A DNA stretch of 64,000 nt from NCBI RefSeq assembly GCF_009914755.1, contig NC_060933.1. One strand, written 5' to 3'. Source of the stretch: the human T2T-CHM13v2.0 reference genome, Homo sapiens. The notes beneath the pieces are model-generated. The model was not told where the DNA came from. It worked only from the letters and a program-made list of their open reading frames with translations, and searched no databases. Positions 15,401 through 28,680 of the stretch are shown piece by piece; positions within the stretch are counted from its first letter, which is position 1, and each line of letters starts with the position of its first letter. Position numbers and translations under genes: made by a program.

Positions 15401-18400
15401 GACAGAAGCATTCTCAGAAGCTTATTTGCGATGTGTGTTCTCAACTAACAGAGTTGAACCTTTGTTTTGATACAGCATTTTGGAAACACTCTTTTTGTAG
15501 GATCTGCATGTGGATATTTGGATAGCTTTGAAGGTTTCGTTGGAAACGGGAATATCTTCATATAAAATCAAGACAGAAGCATTGTCAGAAACTTCTCTGT
15601 GATGTTTGCATTCAACTCATAGAGTTGAACACTTCCCTTCATAGAGCAGGTTTGAAACACTCTTTTTGTAATATTTGGAAGTGGACATTTACAGCGCTTT
15701 GAGGCCTATGTTGAAAAAGGAAATATCTTCCCATAAAAACTAGACAGAAGCATTCTCAGAAACTTGTTTGTGATGTGTGTATTCAACTAACAGAGATGAA
15801 GCTTTCTTTTTACAGAGCAGTTTTGAAACACTCTTTTTGTGGAATCTGAAAGTGGATATTTGGATAGCTTTGAGGATTTCGTTGGAAACGGGATTACATA
15901 AAAAATCTAGGGAGAAGCATTCTCAGGAACTTCTTTGTGATGTTTGCATTCAAGTCACAGAACTGAACATTCCGTTTCATAGAGCAGGTTTGAAACACTC
16001 TTTCTGTAGTATCTGCAAGCGGACTTTTCAAGCGCTTTCAGGCCTATGGTGAGAAAGGAAATATCTTCAAATAAAAACTAGACAGAAGCGTTCTCAGAAA
16101 CTTATTTGCGATCTGTGTTCTCAACTAACAGAGTTGAACCTTTGTTTTGATACAGCATTTTGGAAACACTCTTTTTGTAGGATCTGCAGGTGGATATTTG
16201 GATAGCTTTGAAGGTTTCGTTGGAAACGGGAATATCTTCATATAAAATCAAGACAGAAGCATTCTCAGAAACTTCTCTGTGATGTTTGCATTCAACTCAT
16301 AGAGTTGAACACTTCCCTTCACAGAGCAGGTTTGAAACACTCTTTTTGTAATATTTGTAAGTGGACATTTGCAGCGCTTTGAGGCCTATGTTGGAAAAGG
16401 AAATATCTTCTCCTAAAAACCAGACAGAAGCATTCTCAGAAAGTTCCTTGTGATGTGTGTACTCAAGTAACAGAGTTGAACCTTACTTTTGACAGAGCCG
16501 TTTTGAAAAAGTCTTTTTGTAGAATCTGGAAGTAGATATTTGGATACCTTTGAGGATTTCTTTGGAAACGGGATATCTTCATAAAAAATCTAGACTGGAG
16601 CATTCTCAGAAACTTCTTTGTGCTGTATGTCCTCAATTAACAGAGTTGAAGCTTTGTGTGGATACAGCATTTTGGAAACATTCCTTTAGTAGAATCTGCA
16701 AGTTGATATTTAGATAGCTAGGAAGATTTCCTTGGGAACGGGAATATCTTCATATAAAATCTAGACGGAAGCATTCTCAGAAACTGCTTTGTGATGTCTT
16801 CAATCACGTCACAGAGTAGAATGTTCCCTTTTATAGAGCAGGTTTGAAACACTCTGTGCACTACCTGGAAGTGGACATTTGGAGCGCTTTGAGGCCTATG
16901 TTGAAAAAGGAAATATCTTCCCATAGAAACTAGACAGAAGCATTCTCAGAAACTTGTTTGTGATGTGTGTATTCAACTAACACAGATGAACCTTTCTTTT
17001 TACAGAGCAGTTTTGAAACACTCTTTTTGTGGAATCTGAAAGTGGATATTTGGACAGCTTTGAGGATTTCGTTGGAAACGGGATGACATATAAAATCTAG
17101 GGAGAAGCATTCTCAGGAACTTCTTTGTGATGTTTGCATTCAAGTCACAGAACTGAACATTCCCTTTCATAGAGCAGGTTTGAAACACTCTTTCTGTAGT
17201 ATCTGCAAGCGGACGTTTCAAGCGCTTTCAGGCCTGTGGTGAAAAAGGAAATATCTTCAAATAAAAACTAGACAGAAGCATTCTCAGAAACTTATTTGCG
17301 ATGTGTGTTCTCAACTAACAGAGTTGAACCTTTGTTTTGATACAGCATTTTGGAAACACTCTTTTTGTAGGATCTGCAGGTGGATATTTGGATAGCTTTG
17401 AAGGTTTCGTTGGAAACGGGAATATCTTCATATAAAATCAAGACAGAAGCATTCTCAGAAACTTCTCTGTGATGTTTGCATTCAACTCATAGAGTTGAAC
17501 ACTTCCTTTCATAGAGCAGGTTTGAAACACTCTTTTTGTAATATTTGGAAGTGGACATTTGCAGCGCTTTGAGGCCTATGTTGAAAAAGGAAATATCTTC
17601 TCCTAAAAACCAGACAGAAGCATTCTCAGAAACTTCCTTGTGATGTGTGTACTCAAGTAACAGAGTTGAACCTTACTTTTGATAGAGCCGTTTTGAAACA
17701 GTCTTTTTGTAGAATCTGGAAGTAGATATTTGGATACCTTTGAGGATTTCTTTGGAAACGGGATATCTTCATACAAAATCTAGACAGAAGCATTCTCAGA
17801 AACTTCTTTGTGCTGTATGTCCTCAATTAACAGAGTTGAACCTTTGTGTGGATACAGCATTTTGGAAACATTCCTTTACTAGAATCTGCAAGTTGATATT
17901 TAGATAGCTAGGAAGATTTCCTTGGAAACGGGAATATCTTCATATAAAATCTTGACGGAAGCATTCTCAGAAACTGCTTTGTGATGTCTTCATTCAAGTC
18001 ACAGAGTAGAATGTTCCCTATTATAGAGCAGGTTTGAAACACTCTGTGCACTACCTGGAAGTGGACATTTGGAGCGCTTTGAGGCCTATGTTGAAAAAGG
18101 AAATATCTTCCCATAGAAACTAGACAGAAGTTATCTCAGAAACTTGTTTGTGATGTGTGTATTCAACTAACAGAGATGAACCTTTCTTTTTACAGAGCAG
18201 TTTCGAAACACTCTTTTTGTGGAATCTGAAAGTGGATATTTGGATAGCTTTGAGGATTTCGTTGGAAACGGGATGACATATAAAATCTAGGGAGAAGCAT
18301 TCTCAGGAACTTCTTTGTGATGTTTGCATTCAAGTCACAGAACTGAACATTCCCTTTCATAGAGTAGGATTGAAACACTCTTTCTGTAGTATCTGCAAGC

Positions 18401-21400
18401 GGACGTTTCAAGCGCTTTCAGGCCTGTGGTGAAAAAGGAAATATCTTCAAATAAAAACTAGACAGAAGCATTCTCAGAAACTTATTTGCGATGTGTGTTC
18501 TCAACTAACAGAGTTGAACCTTTGTTTTGATACAGCATTTTGGAAACACTCTTTTTGTAGGATCTGCATGTGGATATTTGGATAGCTTTGAAGGTTTCGT
18601 TGGAAACGGGAATATCTTCATATAAAATCAAGACAGAAGCATTCTCAGAAACTTCTCAGTGATGTTTGCATTCAACTCATAGAGTTGAACACTTCCCTTC
18701 ATAGAGCAGGTTTGAAACACTCTTTTTGTAATATTTGGAAGTGGACATTTACAGCGCTTTGAGGCCTATGTTGAAAAAGGAAATATCTTCCCATAAAAAC
18801 TAGACAGAAGCATTCTCAGAAACTTGTTTGTGATGTGTGTATTCAACTAACAGAGATGAAGCTTTCTTTTTACAGAGCAGTTTTGAAACACTCTTTTTGT
18901 GGAATCTGAAAGTGGATATTTGGATAGCTTTGAGGATTTCGTTGGAAACGGGATTACATAAAAAATCTAGGGAGAAGCATTCTCAGGAACTTCTTTGTGA
19001 TGTTTGCATTCAAGTCACAGAACTGAACATTCCGTTTCATAGAGCAGGTTTGAAACACTCTTTCTGTAGTATCTGCAAGCGGACGTTTCAAGCGCTTTCA
19101 GGCCTATGGTGAGAAAGGAAATATCTTCAAATAAAAACTAGACAGAAGCATTCTCAGAAACTTATTTGCGATGTGTGTTCTCAACTAACAGAGTTGAACC
19201 TTTGTTTTGATACAGCATTTTGGAAACACTCTTTTTGTAGGATCTGCAGGTGGATATTTGGATAGCTTTGAAGGTTTCGTTGGAAACGGGAATATCTTCA
19301 TATAAAATCAAGACAGAAGCATTCTCAGAAACTTCTCTGTGATGTTTGCATTCAACTCATAGAGTTGAACACTTCCCTTCATAGAGCAGGTTTGAAACAC
19401 TCTTTTTGTAATATTTGTAAGTGGACATTTGCAGCGCTTTGAGGCCTATGTTGGAAAAGGAAATATCTTCTCCTAAAAACCAGACAGAAGCATTCTCAGA
19501 AAGTTCCTTGTGATGTGTGTACTCAAGTAACAGAGTTGAACCTTACTTTTGACAGAGCCGTTTTGAAAAAGTCTTTTTGTAGAATCTGGAAGTAGATATT
19601 TGGATACCTTTGAGGATTTCTTTGGAAACGGGATATCTTCATACAAAATCTAGACAGAAGCATTCTCAGAAACTTCTTTGTGCTGTATGTCCTCAATTAA
19701 CAGAGTTGAACCTTTGTGTGGATACAGCATTTTGGAAACATTCCTTTAGTAGAATCTGCATGTTGATATTTAGATAGCTAGGAAGATTTCCTTGGAAACG
19801 GGAATATCTTCATATAAAATCTAGACGGAAGCATTCTGAGAAAATGCTTTGTGATGTCTTCATTCAAGTCACAGAGTAGAATGTTCCCTTTTATAGAGCA
19901 GGTTTGAAACACTCTGTGCACTACCTGGAAGTGGACATTTGGAGCGCTTTGAGGCCTATGATGAAAAAGGAAATATCTTCACATAGAAACTAGACAGAAG
20001 CATTCTCAGAAACTTGTTTGTGATGTGTGTATTCAACTAACAGAGATGAACCTTTCTTTTTACAGAGCAGTTTTGAAACACTCTTTTTGTGGAATCTGAA
20101 AGTGGATATTTGGATAGCTTTGAGCATTTCGTTGGAAACGGGATTACATATAAAATCTAGGGAGAAGCATTCTCAGGAACTTCTTTGTGATGTTTGCATT
20201 CAAGTCACAGAACTGAACATTCCCTTTCATAGAGCAGGTTTGAAACACTCTTTCTGTAGTATCTGCAAGCGGACGTTTCAAGCGCTTTCAGGCCTGTAGT
20301 GAAAAAGGAAATATCTTCAAATAAAAACTAGACAGAAGCATTCTCAGAAACTTATTTGCGATGTGTGTCCTCAACTAACAGAGTTGAACCTTTGTTTTGA
20401 TACAACATTTTGGAAACACTCTTTTTGTAGAATCTGCAAGTGGATATTTGGATAGCTATGAAGGTTTCGTTGGAAACGGGAATACCTTCATATAAAATCA
20501 AGACAGAAACATTCTCAGAAACTTCTCTGTGATGTTTGCATTCAACTCATAGAGTTGAACACTTTCTTTCATAGAGGTGGTTTGAAATACTCTTTTTGTA
20601 ATATTTGGAAGTGGACATTGGCAGCGCTTTGAAGCCTATGGTGAAAAAAGAGATATCTTCCCCTAAAAACCAGACAGAAGCATTCTCAGAATCTTTCTTG
20701 TGATGTGTGTAGTCAAGTAACAGAGTTGAACCTTCCTTTTGACAGAGCAGTTTTGAAGCACTCTTTTTGTAGAATCTGCAAGTGGATATTTTGATACCTT
20801 TGAGGATTTCGTTGGACACGGGATATCTTCATATAAAATCTAGACAGAAGCATTCTCAGAAACTTCTTTGTGATGTATGTCCTCAATTAACAGAGTTGAA
20901 CCTTTGTTTCGATACAGCATTTTGGAAACATTCCTTTAGTAGAATCTGCAAGTTGATATTTATATAGCTAGGAAGATTTCGTTGGAAACGGGAATATCTT
21001 CATATAAAATCTAGACGGAAGCATTCTCAGAAAGTGTTTTGTGATGTTTGCATTCAAGACACAGAGTTGAATATTCCCTTTTATAGAGCAGGTTTGAAAC
21101 ACTCTTTCTGCACTACCTGGAAGTGGACATTTGGAGCGCTTTGAGGCCTATGTTGAAAAAGGAAATATCCTCCCATAAAAACTAGACAGAAGCATTCTCA
21201 GAAACTTGTTTGTGATGTGTGTATTCAACTAACAGAGATGAACCTTTCTTTTTACAGAGCAGTTTTGAAACACTCTTTTTGTGGAATCTGAAAGTGGATA
21301 TTTGGATAGCTTTGAGGATTTCGTTGGAAACGGGATTACATATAAAATCTAGAGAGAAGCATTCTCAGGATCTTTTTTGTGATGTATGCATTCAAGTCAC

Positions 21401-21872
21401 AGAACTGAACATTCCCTTTCATAGAGCATGTTTGAAACACTCTTTCTGTAGTATCTGCAAGCGGACGTTTCAAGCGCTTTCAGGCCTATGGTGAGAAAGG
21501 AAATATCTTCAAGTAAAAACTAGACAGAAGCATTCTCAGAAACTTATTTGCCATGTGTGTTCTCAACTAACAGAGTTGAAACTTTGTTTTGATACGGCAT
21601 TTTGGAAACACTCTTTTTGTAGAATCTGCAGGTGGATATTCGGATAGCTTTGAAGGTTTCGTTGGAAACGGGAATATCTTCATATAAAATCTAGACGGAA
21701 GCACTCTCAGAAACTGCTTTGTGATGTTTTCATTCAAGTCACAGAGTAGAATGTTCCCTTTTATATACCAGGTTTGAGACACACTTTCTGCACTATCTGG
21801 AAGTGGACATTTGGAGCGCTTTGTGGCCTATGTTGAAAAAGGAAATATCTTCCCATAAAAACTAGACAGAAG
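9467..21872 (+). repeat. Mixed HOR structural-variant block (7-mers and 4-mers in irregular order)
   Basis: Marker spacings 1188, 1190, 678, 680, 1190, 678, 680, 1190, 1190, 680, 1190, 1192, 680. Confidence 0.9.
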
Positions 21873-24800
21873 CATTCTCAGAAACTTGTTTGTGATGTGT
21901 GTATTCAACTAACCGAGATGAACCTTTCTTTTTACAGAGCAGTTTTGAATCACTCTTTTTGTGGAATCTGAAAGTGGATATTTGGATAGCTTTGAGGATT
22001 TCGTTGGAAACGGGATTACATATAAAATGTAGGGAGAAGCATTCTCAGGAACTTTTTTGTGATGTTTGCATTCAAGTCACAGAACTGAACATTCCCTTTC
22101 ATAGAGCAGGTTTGAAACACTCTATCTGTAGTATCTGCAAGCGGACGTTTCAAGCGCTTTCAGGCCTGTGGTGAAAAAGGAAATATCTTCAAATAAAAAC
22201 TAGACAGAAGCATTCTCAGAAACTTATTTGAGATGTGTGTTCTCAACTAACAGAGTTGAACCTTTGTTTTGATACAGCATTTTGGAAACACTCTTTTTGT
22301 AGGATCTGCAGGTGGATATTTGGATAGCTTTGAAGGTTTCGTTGGAAACGGGAATATCTTCATATAAAATCATGACAGAAGCATTCTCAGAAACTTCTCT
22401 GTGATGTTTGCATTCAACTCATAGAGTTGAACACTTCCCTTCATAGAGCAGGTTTGAAACACTCTTTTTGTAATATTTGGAAGTGGACATTTGCAGCGCT
22501 TTGAGGCCTATGTTGAAAAAGGAAATATCTTCTCCTAAAAACAAGACAGAAGCATTCTCAGAAACTTCCTTGTGATGTGTGTACTCAAGTAACAGAGTTG
22601 AACCTTACTTTTGACAGAGCCGTTTTGAAACAGTCTTTTTGTAGAATCTGGAAGTAGATATTTGGATACCTTTGAGGATTTCTTTGGAAACGGGATATCT
22701 TCATATAAAATCTAGACAGAAGCATTCTCAGAAACTTCTTTGTGCTGTATGTCCTCAATTAACAGAGTTGAACCTTTGTGTGGATACAGCATTTTGGAAA
22801 CATTCCTTTACTAGAATCTGCAAGTTGATATTTAGATAGCTAGGAAGATTTCCTTGGAAACGGGAATATCTTCATATACAATCTAGACGGAAGCATTCCC
22901 AGAAACTGCTTTGTGATGTCTTCATTCAAGTCACAGAGTAGAATGTTCCCTTTTATAGAGCAGGTTTGAAACACTCTGTGCACTACCTGGAAGTGGACAT
23001 TTGGAGCGCTTTGAGGCCTATGTTGAAAAAGGAAATATCTTCCCATAGAAACTAGACAGAAGCATTCTCAGAAACTTGTTTGTGATGTGTGTATTCAACT
23101 AACAGAGATGAACCTTTCTTTTTACAGAGCAGTTTTGAAACACTCTTTTTGTGGAATCTGAAAGTGGATATTTGGATAGCTTTGAGGATTTCGTTGGAAA
23201 CGGGATTACATATAAAATCTAGGGAGAAGCATTCTCAGGAACTTCTTTGTGATGTTTGCATTCAAGTCACAGAACTGAACATTCCCTTTCATAGAGTCAT
23301 GTTTGAAACACTCTTTCTGTAGTATCTGCAAACGGACATTTCAAGCGCTTTCAGGCCTATGGTGAGAAAGGAAATATCTTCAAATAAAAACTAGACAGAA
23401 GCATTCTCAGAAACTTATTTGCGATGTGTGTCCTCAACTAACAGAGTTGAACCTTTGTTTTGATACAACATTTTGGAAACACTCTTTTTGTAGAATCTGC
23501 AGGTGGATATTTGGATAGCTCTGAAGGTTTCGTTGGAAACGGGAATATCTTCATATAAAATCAAGACAGAAGCATTCTCAGAAACTTCTCTGTGATGTTT
23601 GCATTCAACTCATAGAGTTGAACACTTCCCTTCATAGAGCAGGTTTGAAACACTCTTTTTGTAATATTTGGAAGTGGACATTTGCAGCGCTTTGAGGCCT
23701 ATGTTGAAACAGGAAATATCTTCTCCTAAAAACCAGACAGAAGCATTCTCAGAAACTTCCTTGTGATGTGTGTACTCAAGTAACACAGTTGAACCTTACT
23801 TTTGACAGAGCCGTTTTGAAACAGTCTTTTTGTAGAATCTGGAAGTAGATATTTGGATACCTTTGAGGATTTCTTTGGAAACGGGATATCTTCATACAAA
23901 ATCTAGACAGAAGCATTCTCAGAAACTTCTTTGTGCTGTATGTCCTCAATTAACAGAGTTGAACCTTTGTGTGGATACAGCATTTTGGAAACATTCCTTT
24001 AGTAGAATCTGCATGTTGATATTTAGATAGCTAGGAAGATTTCCTTGGAAACGGGAATATCTTCATATAAAATCTAGACGGAAGCATTCTGAGAAAATGC
24101 TTTGTGATGTCTTCATTCAAGTCACAGAGTAGAATGTTCCCTTTTATAGAGCAGGTTTGAAACACTCTGTGCACTACCTGGAAGTGGACATTTGGAGCGC
24201 TTTGAGGCCTATGTTGAAAAAGGAAATATCTTCCCATAGAAACTAGACAGAAGCATTCCCAGAAACTTGTTTGTGATGTGTGTATTCAACTAACAGAGAT
24301 GAACCTTTCTTTTTACAGAGCAGTTTTGAAACACTCTTTTTGTGGAATCTGAAAGTGGATATTTGGAGAGCTTTGAGGATTTCGTTGGAAACGGGATTAC
24401 ATGTAAAATCTAGAGAGAAGCATTCTCAGGAACTTCTTTGTGATGTTTGCATTCACGTCACAGAACTGAACATTCCCTTTCATAGAGCATGTTTGAAACA
24501 CTCTTTCTGTAGTATCTGCAAACGGACATTTCAAGCGCTTTCAGGCCTATGGTGAGAAAGGAAATATCTTCAAATAAAAACTAGACAGAAGCATTCTCAG
24601 AAACTTATTTGCGATGTGTGTCCTCAACTAACAGACTTGAACCTTTGTTTTGATACAACATTTTGGAAACACTCTTTTTGTAGAATCTGCAGGTGGATAT
24701 TTGGATAGCTTTGAAGGTTTCTTTGGAAACGGGAATATCTTCATATAAAATCAAGACAGAAGCATTCTCAGAAACTTCTCTGTGATGTTTGCATTCAACT

Positions 24801-27800
24801 CATAGAGTTGAACACTTCCCTTCATAGAGCAGGTTTGAAACACTCTTTTTGTAATATTTGGAAGTGGACATTTGCAGCGCTTTGAGGCCTATGTTGAAAA
24901 AGGAAATATCTTCTCCTAAAAACCAGACAGAAGCATTCTCAGAAACTTCCTTGTGATGTGTGTACTCAAGTAACAGAGTTGAACCTTACTTTTGACAGAG
25001 CCGTTTTGAAACAGTCTTTTTGTAGAATCTGGAAGTAGATATTTGGATACCTTTGAGGATTTCTTTGGAAACGGGATATCTTCATACAAAATCTAGACAG
25101 AAGCATTCTCAGAAACTTCTTTGTGCTGTATGTCCTCAATTAACAGAGTTGAACCTTTGTGTGGATACAGCATTTTGGAAACATTCCTTTAGTAGAATCT
25201 GCATGTTGATATTTAGATAGCTAGGAAGATTTCCTTGGAAACGGGAATATCTTCATATAAAATCTAGACGGAAGCATTCTGAGAAAATGCTTTGTGATGT
25301 CTTCATTCAAGTCACAGAGTAGAATGTTCCCTTTTATAGAGCAGGTTTGAAACACTCTGTGCACTACCTGGAAGTGGACATTTGGAGCGCTTTGAGGCCT
25401 ATGTTGAAAAAGGAAATATCTTCCCATAGAAACTAGACAGAAGCATTCTCAGAAACTTGTTTGTGATGTGTGTATTCAACTAACAGAGATGAACCTTTCT
25501 TTTTACAGAGCAGTTTTGAAACACTCTTTTTGTGGAATCTGAAAGTGGATATTTGGATAGCTTTGAGGATTTCGTTGGAAACGGGATTACATGTAAAATC
25601 TAGAGAGAAGCATTCTCAGGAACTTCTTTGTGATGTTTGCATTCACGTCACAGAACTGAACATTCCCTTTCATAGAGCATGTTTGAAACACTCTTTCTGT
25701 AGTATCTGCAAACGGACATTTCAAGCGCTTTCAGGCCTATGGTGAGAAAGGAAATATCTTCAAATAAAAACTAGACAGAAGCATTCTCAGAAACTTATTT
25801 GCGATGTGTGTCCTCAACTAACATAGTTGAACCTTTGTTTGGATACAACATTTTGGAAACACTCTTTTTGTAGAATCTGCAGGTGGATATTTGGATAGCT
25901 TTGAAGATTTCGTTGGAAACGGGAATATCTTCATATAAAATCAAGACAGAAGCATTCTCAGAAACTTCTCTGTGATGTTTGCATTCAACTCATAGAGTTG
26001 AACACTTCCCTTCATAGAGCAGGTTTGAAACACTCTTTTTGTAATATTTGGAAGTGGACATTTGCAGCGCTTTGAGGCCTATGTTGAAAAAGGAAATATC
26101 TTCTCCTCAAAACCAGACAGAAGCATTCTCAGAAACTTCCTTGTGATGTGTGTACTCAAGTAACAGAGTTGAACCTTACTTTTGACAGAGCCGTTTTGAA
26201 ACAGTCTTTTTGTAGAATCTGGAAGTAGATATTTGGATACCTTTGAGGATTTCTTTGGAAACGGGATATCTTCATATAAAATCTAGACAGAAGCATTCTC
26301 AGAAACTTCTTTGTGCTGTATGTCCTCAATTAACAGAGTTGAACCTTTGTGTGGATACAGCATTTTGGAAACATTCCTTTAGTAGAATCTGCAAGTTGAT
26401 ATTTAGATAGCTAGGAAGATTTCCTTGGAAACGGGAATATCTTCATATAAAATCTAGACGGAAGCATTCTCAGAAACTGCTTTGTGATGTCTTCATTCAA
26501 GTCACAGAGTAGAATGTTCCCTTTTATAGAGCAGGTTTGAAACACTCTGTGCACTACCTGGAAGTGGACATTTGGAGCGCTTTGAGGCCTATGTTGAAAA
26601 AGGAAATATCTTCCCATAGAAACTAGACAGAAGCATTCTCAGAAACTTGTTTGTGATGTGTGTATTCAACTAACAGAGATGAACCTTTCTTTTTACAGAG
26701 CAGTTTTGAAACACTCTTTTTGTGGAATCTGAAAGTGGATATTTGGATAACTTTGAGGATTTCGTTGGAAACGGGATTACATATGAAATCTAGGGAGAAG
26801 CATTCTCAGGAACTTCTTTGTGATGTTTGCATTCAAGTCACAGAACTGAACATTCCCTTTCATAGAGCATGTTTGAAACACTCTTTCTGTAGTATCTGCA
26901 AACGGACATTTCAAGCGCTTTCAGGCCTATGGTGAGAAAGGAAATATCTTCAAATAAAAACTAGACAGAAGCATTCTCAGAAACTTATTTGCGATGTGTG
27001 TCCTCAACTAACAGACTTGAACCTTTGTTTTGATACAACATGTTGGAAACACTCTTTTTGTAGAATCTGCAGGTGGATATTTGGATAGCTTTGAAGGTTT
27101 CGTTGGAAACGGGAATATCTTCATATAAAATCAAGACAGAAGCATTCTCAGAAACTTCTCTGTGATGTTTGCATTCAACTCATAGAGTTGAACACTTCCC
27201 TTCATAGAGCAGGTTTGAAACACTCTTTTTGTAATATTTGGAAGTGGACATTTGCAGCGCTTTGAGGCCTATGTTGAAAAAGGAAATATCTTCTCCTAAA
27301 AACCAGACAGAAGCATTCTCAGGAACTTCCTTGTGATGTGTGTACTCAAGTAACAGAGTTGAACCTTACTTTTGACAGAGCCGTTTTGAAACAGTCTTTT
27401 TGTAGAATCTGGAAGTAGATATTTGGATATCTTTGAAGATTTCTTTGGAAACGGGATATCTTCATATAAAATCTAGACAGAAGCATTCTCAGAAACTTCT
27501 TTGTGCTGTATGTCCTCAATTAACAGAGTTGAACCTTTGTGTGGATACAGCATTTTGGAAACATTCCTTTAGTAGAATCTGCATGTTGATATTTAGATAG
27601 CTAGGAAGATTTCCTTGGAAACGGGAATATCTTCATATAAAATCTCGACGGAAGCATTCTCAGAAACTGCTTTGTGATGTCTTCATTCAAGTCACAGAGT
27701 AGAATGTTCCCTTTTATAGAGCAGGTTTGAAACACTCTGTGCACTACCTGGAAGTGGACATTTGGAGCGCTTTGAGGCCTATGTTGAAAAAGGAAATATC

Positions 27801-28680
27801 TTCCCATAGAAACTAGACAGAAGCATTCTCAGAAACTTGTTTGTGATGTGTGTATTCAACTAACAGAGATGAACCTTTCTTTTTACAGAGCAGTTTTGAA
27901 ACACTCTTTTTGTGGAATCTGAAAGTGGATATTTGGATAGCTTTGAGGATTTCGTTGGAAACGGGATTACATGTAAAATCTAGAGAGAAGCATTCTCAGG
28001 AACTTCTTTGTGATGTTTGCATTCACGTCACAGAACTGAACATTCCCTTTCATAGAGCATGTTTGAAACACTCTTTCTGTAGTATCTGCAAACGGACATT
28101 TCAAGCGCTTTCAGGCCTATGGTGAGAAAGGAAATATCTTCAAATAAAAACTAGACAGAAGCATTCTCAGAAACTTATTTGCGATGTGTGTCCTCAACTA
28201 ACAGAGTTGAACCTTTGTTTTGATACAACATTTTGGAAACACTCTTTTTGTAGAATCTGCAGGTGGATATTTGGATAGCTTTGAAGGTTTCGTTGGAAAC
28301 GGGAATATCTTCATATAAAATCAAGACAGAAGCATTCTCAGAAACTTCTCTGTGATGTTTGCATTCAACTCATAGAGTTGAACACTTCCCTTCATAGAGC
28401 AGGTTTGAAACACTCTTTTTGTAATATTTGGAAGTGGACATTTGCAGCGCTTTGAGGCCTATGTTGAAAAAGGAAATATCTTCTCCTAAAAACCAGACAG
28501 AAGCATTCTCAGAAACTTCCTTGTGATGTGTGTACTCAAGTAACAGAGTTGAACCTTCCTTTTGACAGAGCCGTTTTGAAACAGTCTTTTTGTAGAATCT
28601 GGAAGTAGATATTTGGATACCTTTGAGGATTTCTTTGGAAACGGGATATCTTCATATAAAATCTAGACAGAAGCATTCTC
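21873..28680 (+). repeat. Pure 7-mer HOR block, 1190-bp period, ~5.7 copies
   Basis: Marker monomer at 21899, 23089, 24280, 25470, 26660, 27850. The array stops after the 5th monomer of the last copy. Confidence 0.93.

Larger units (their letters stand above)
1..28680 (+). repeat. Alpha-satellite HOR array, SF2, D13Z1/D21Z1 (S2C13/21H1) family
   Basis: ~170-bp monomers (cattctcagaaact...aaaactagacagaag) with CENP-B boxes tttcgttggaaacggga. Near-identical copies recur at 1872/1192/1190/680 bp. An 11-mer with 7- and 4-mer variants is the known D13Z1/D21Z1 organisation. Alpha HOR is certain; the family name is recalled. Confidence 0.92.
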
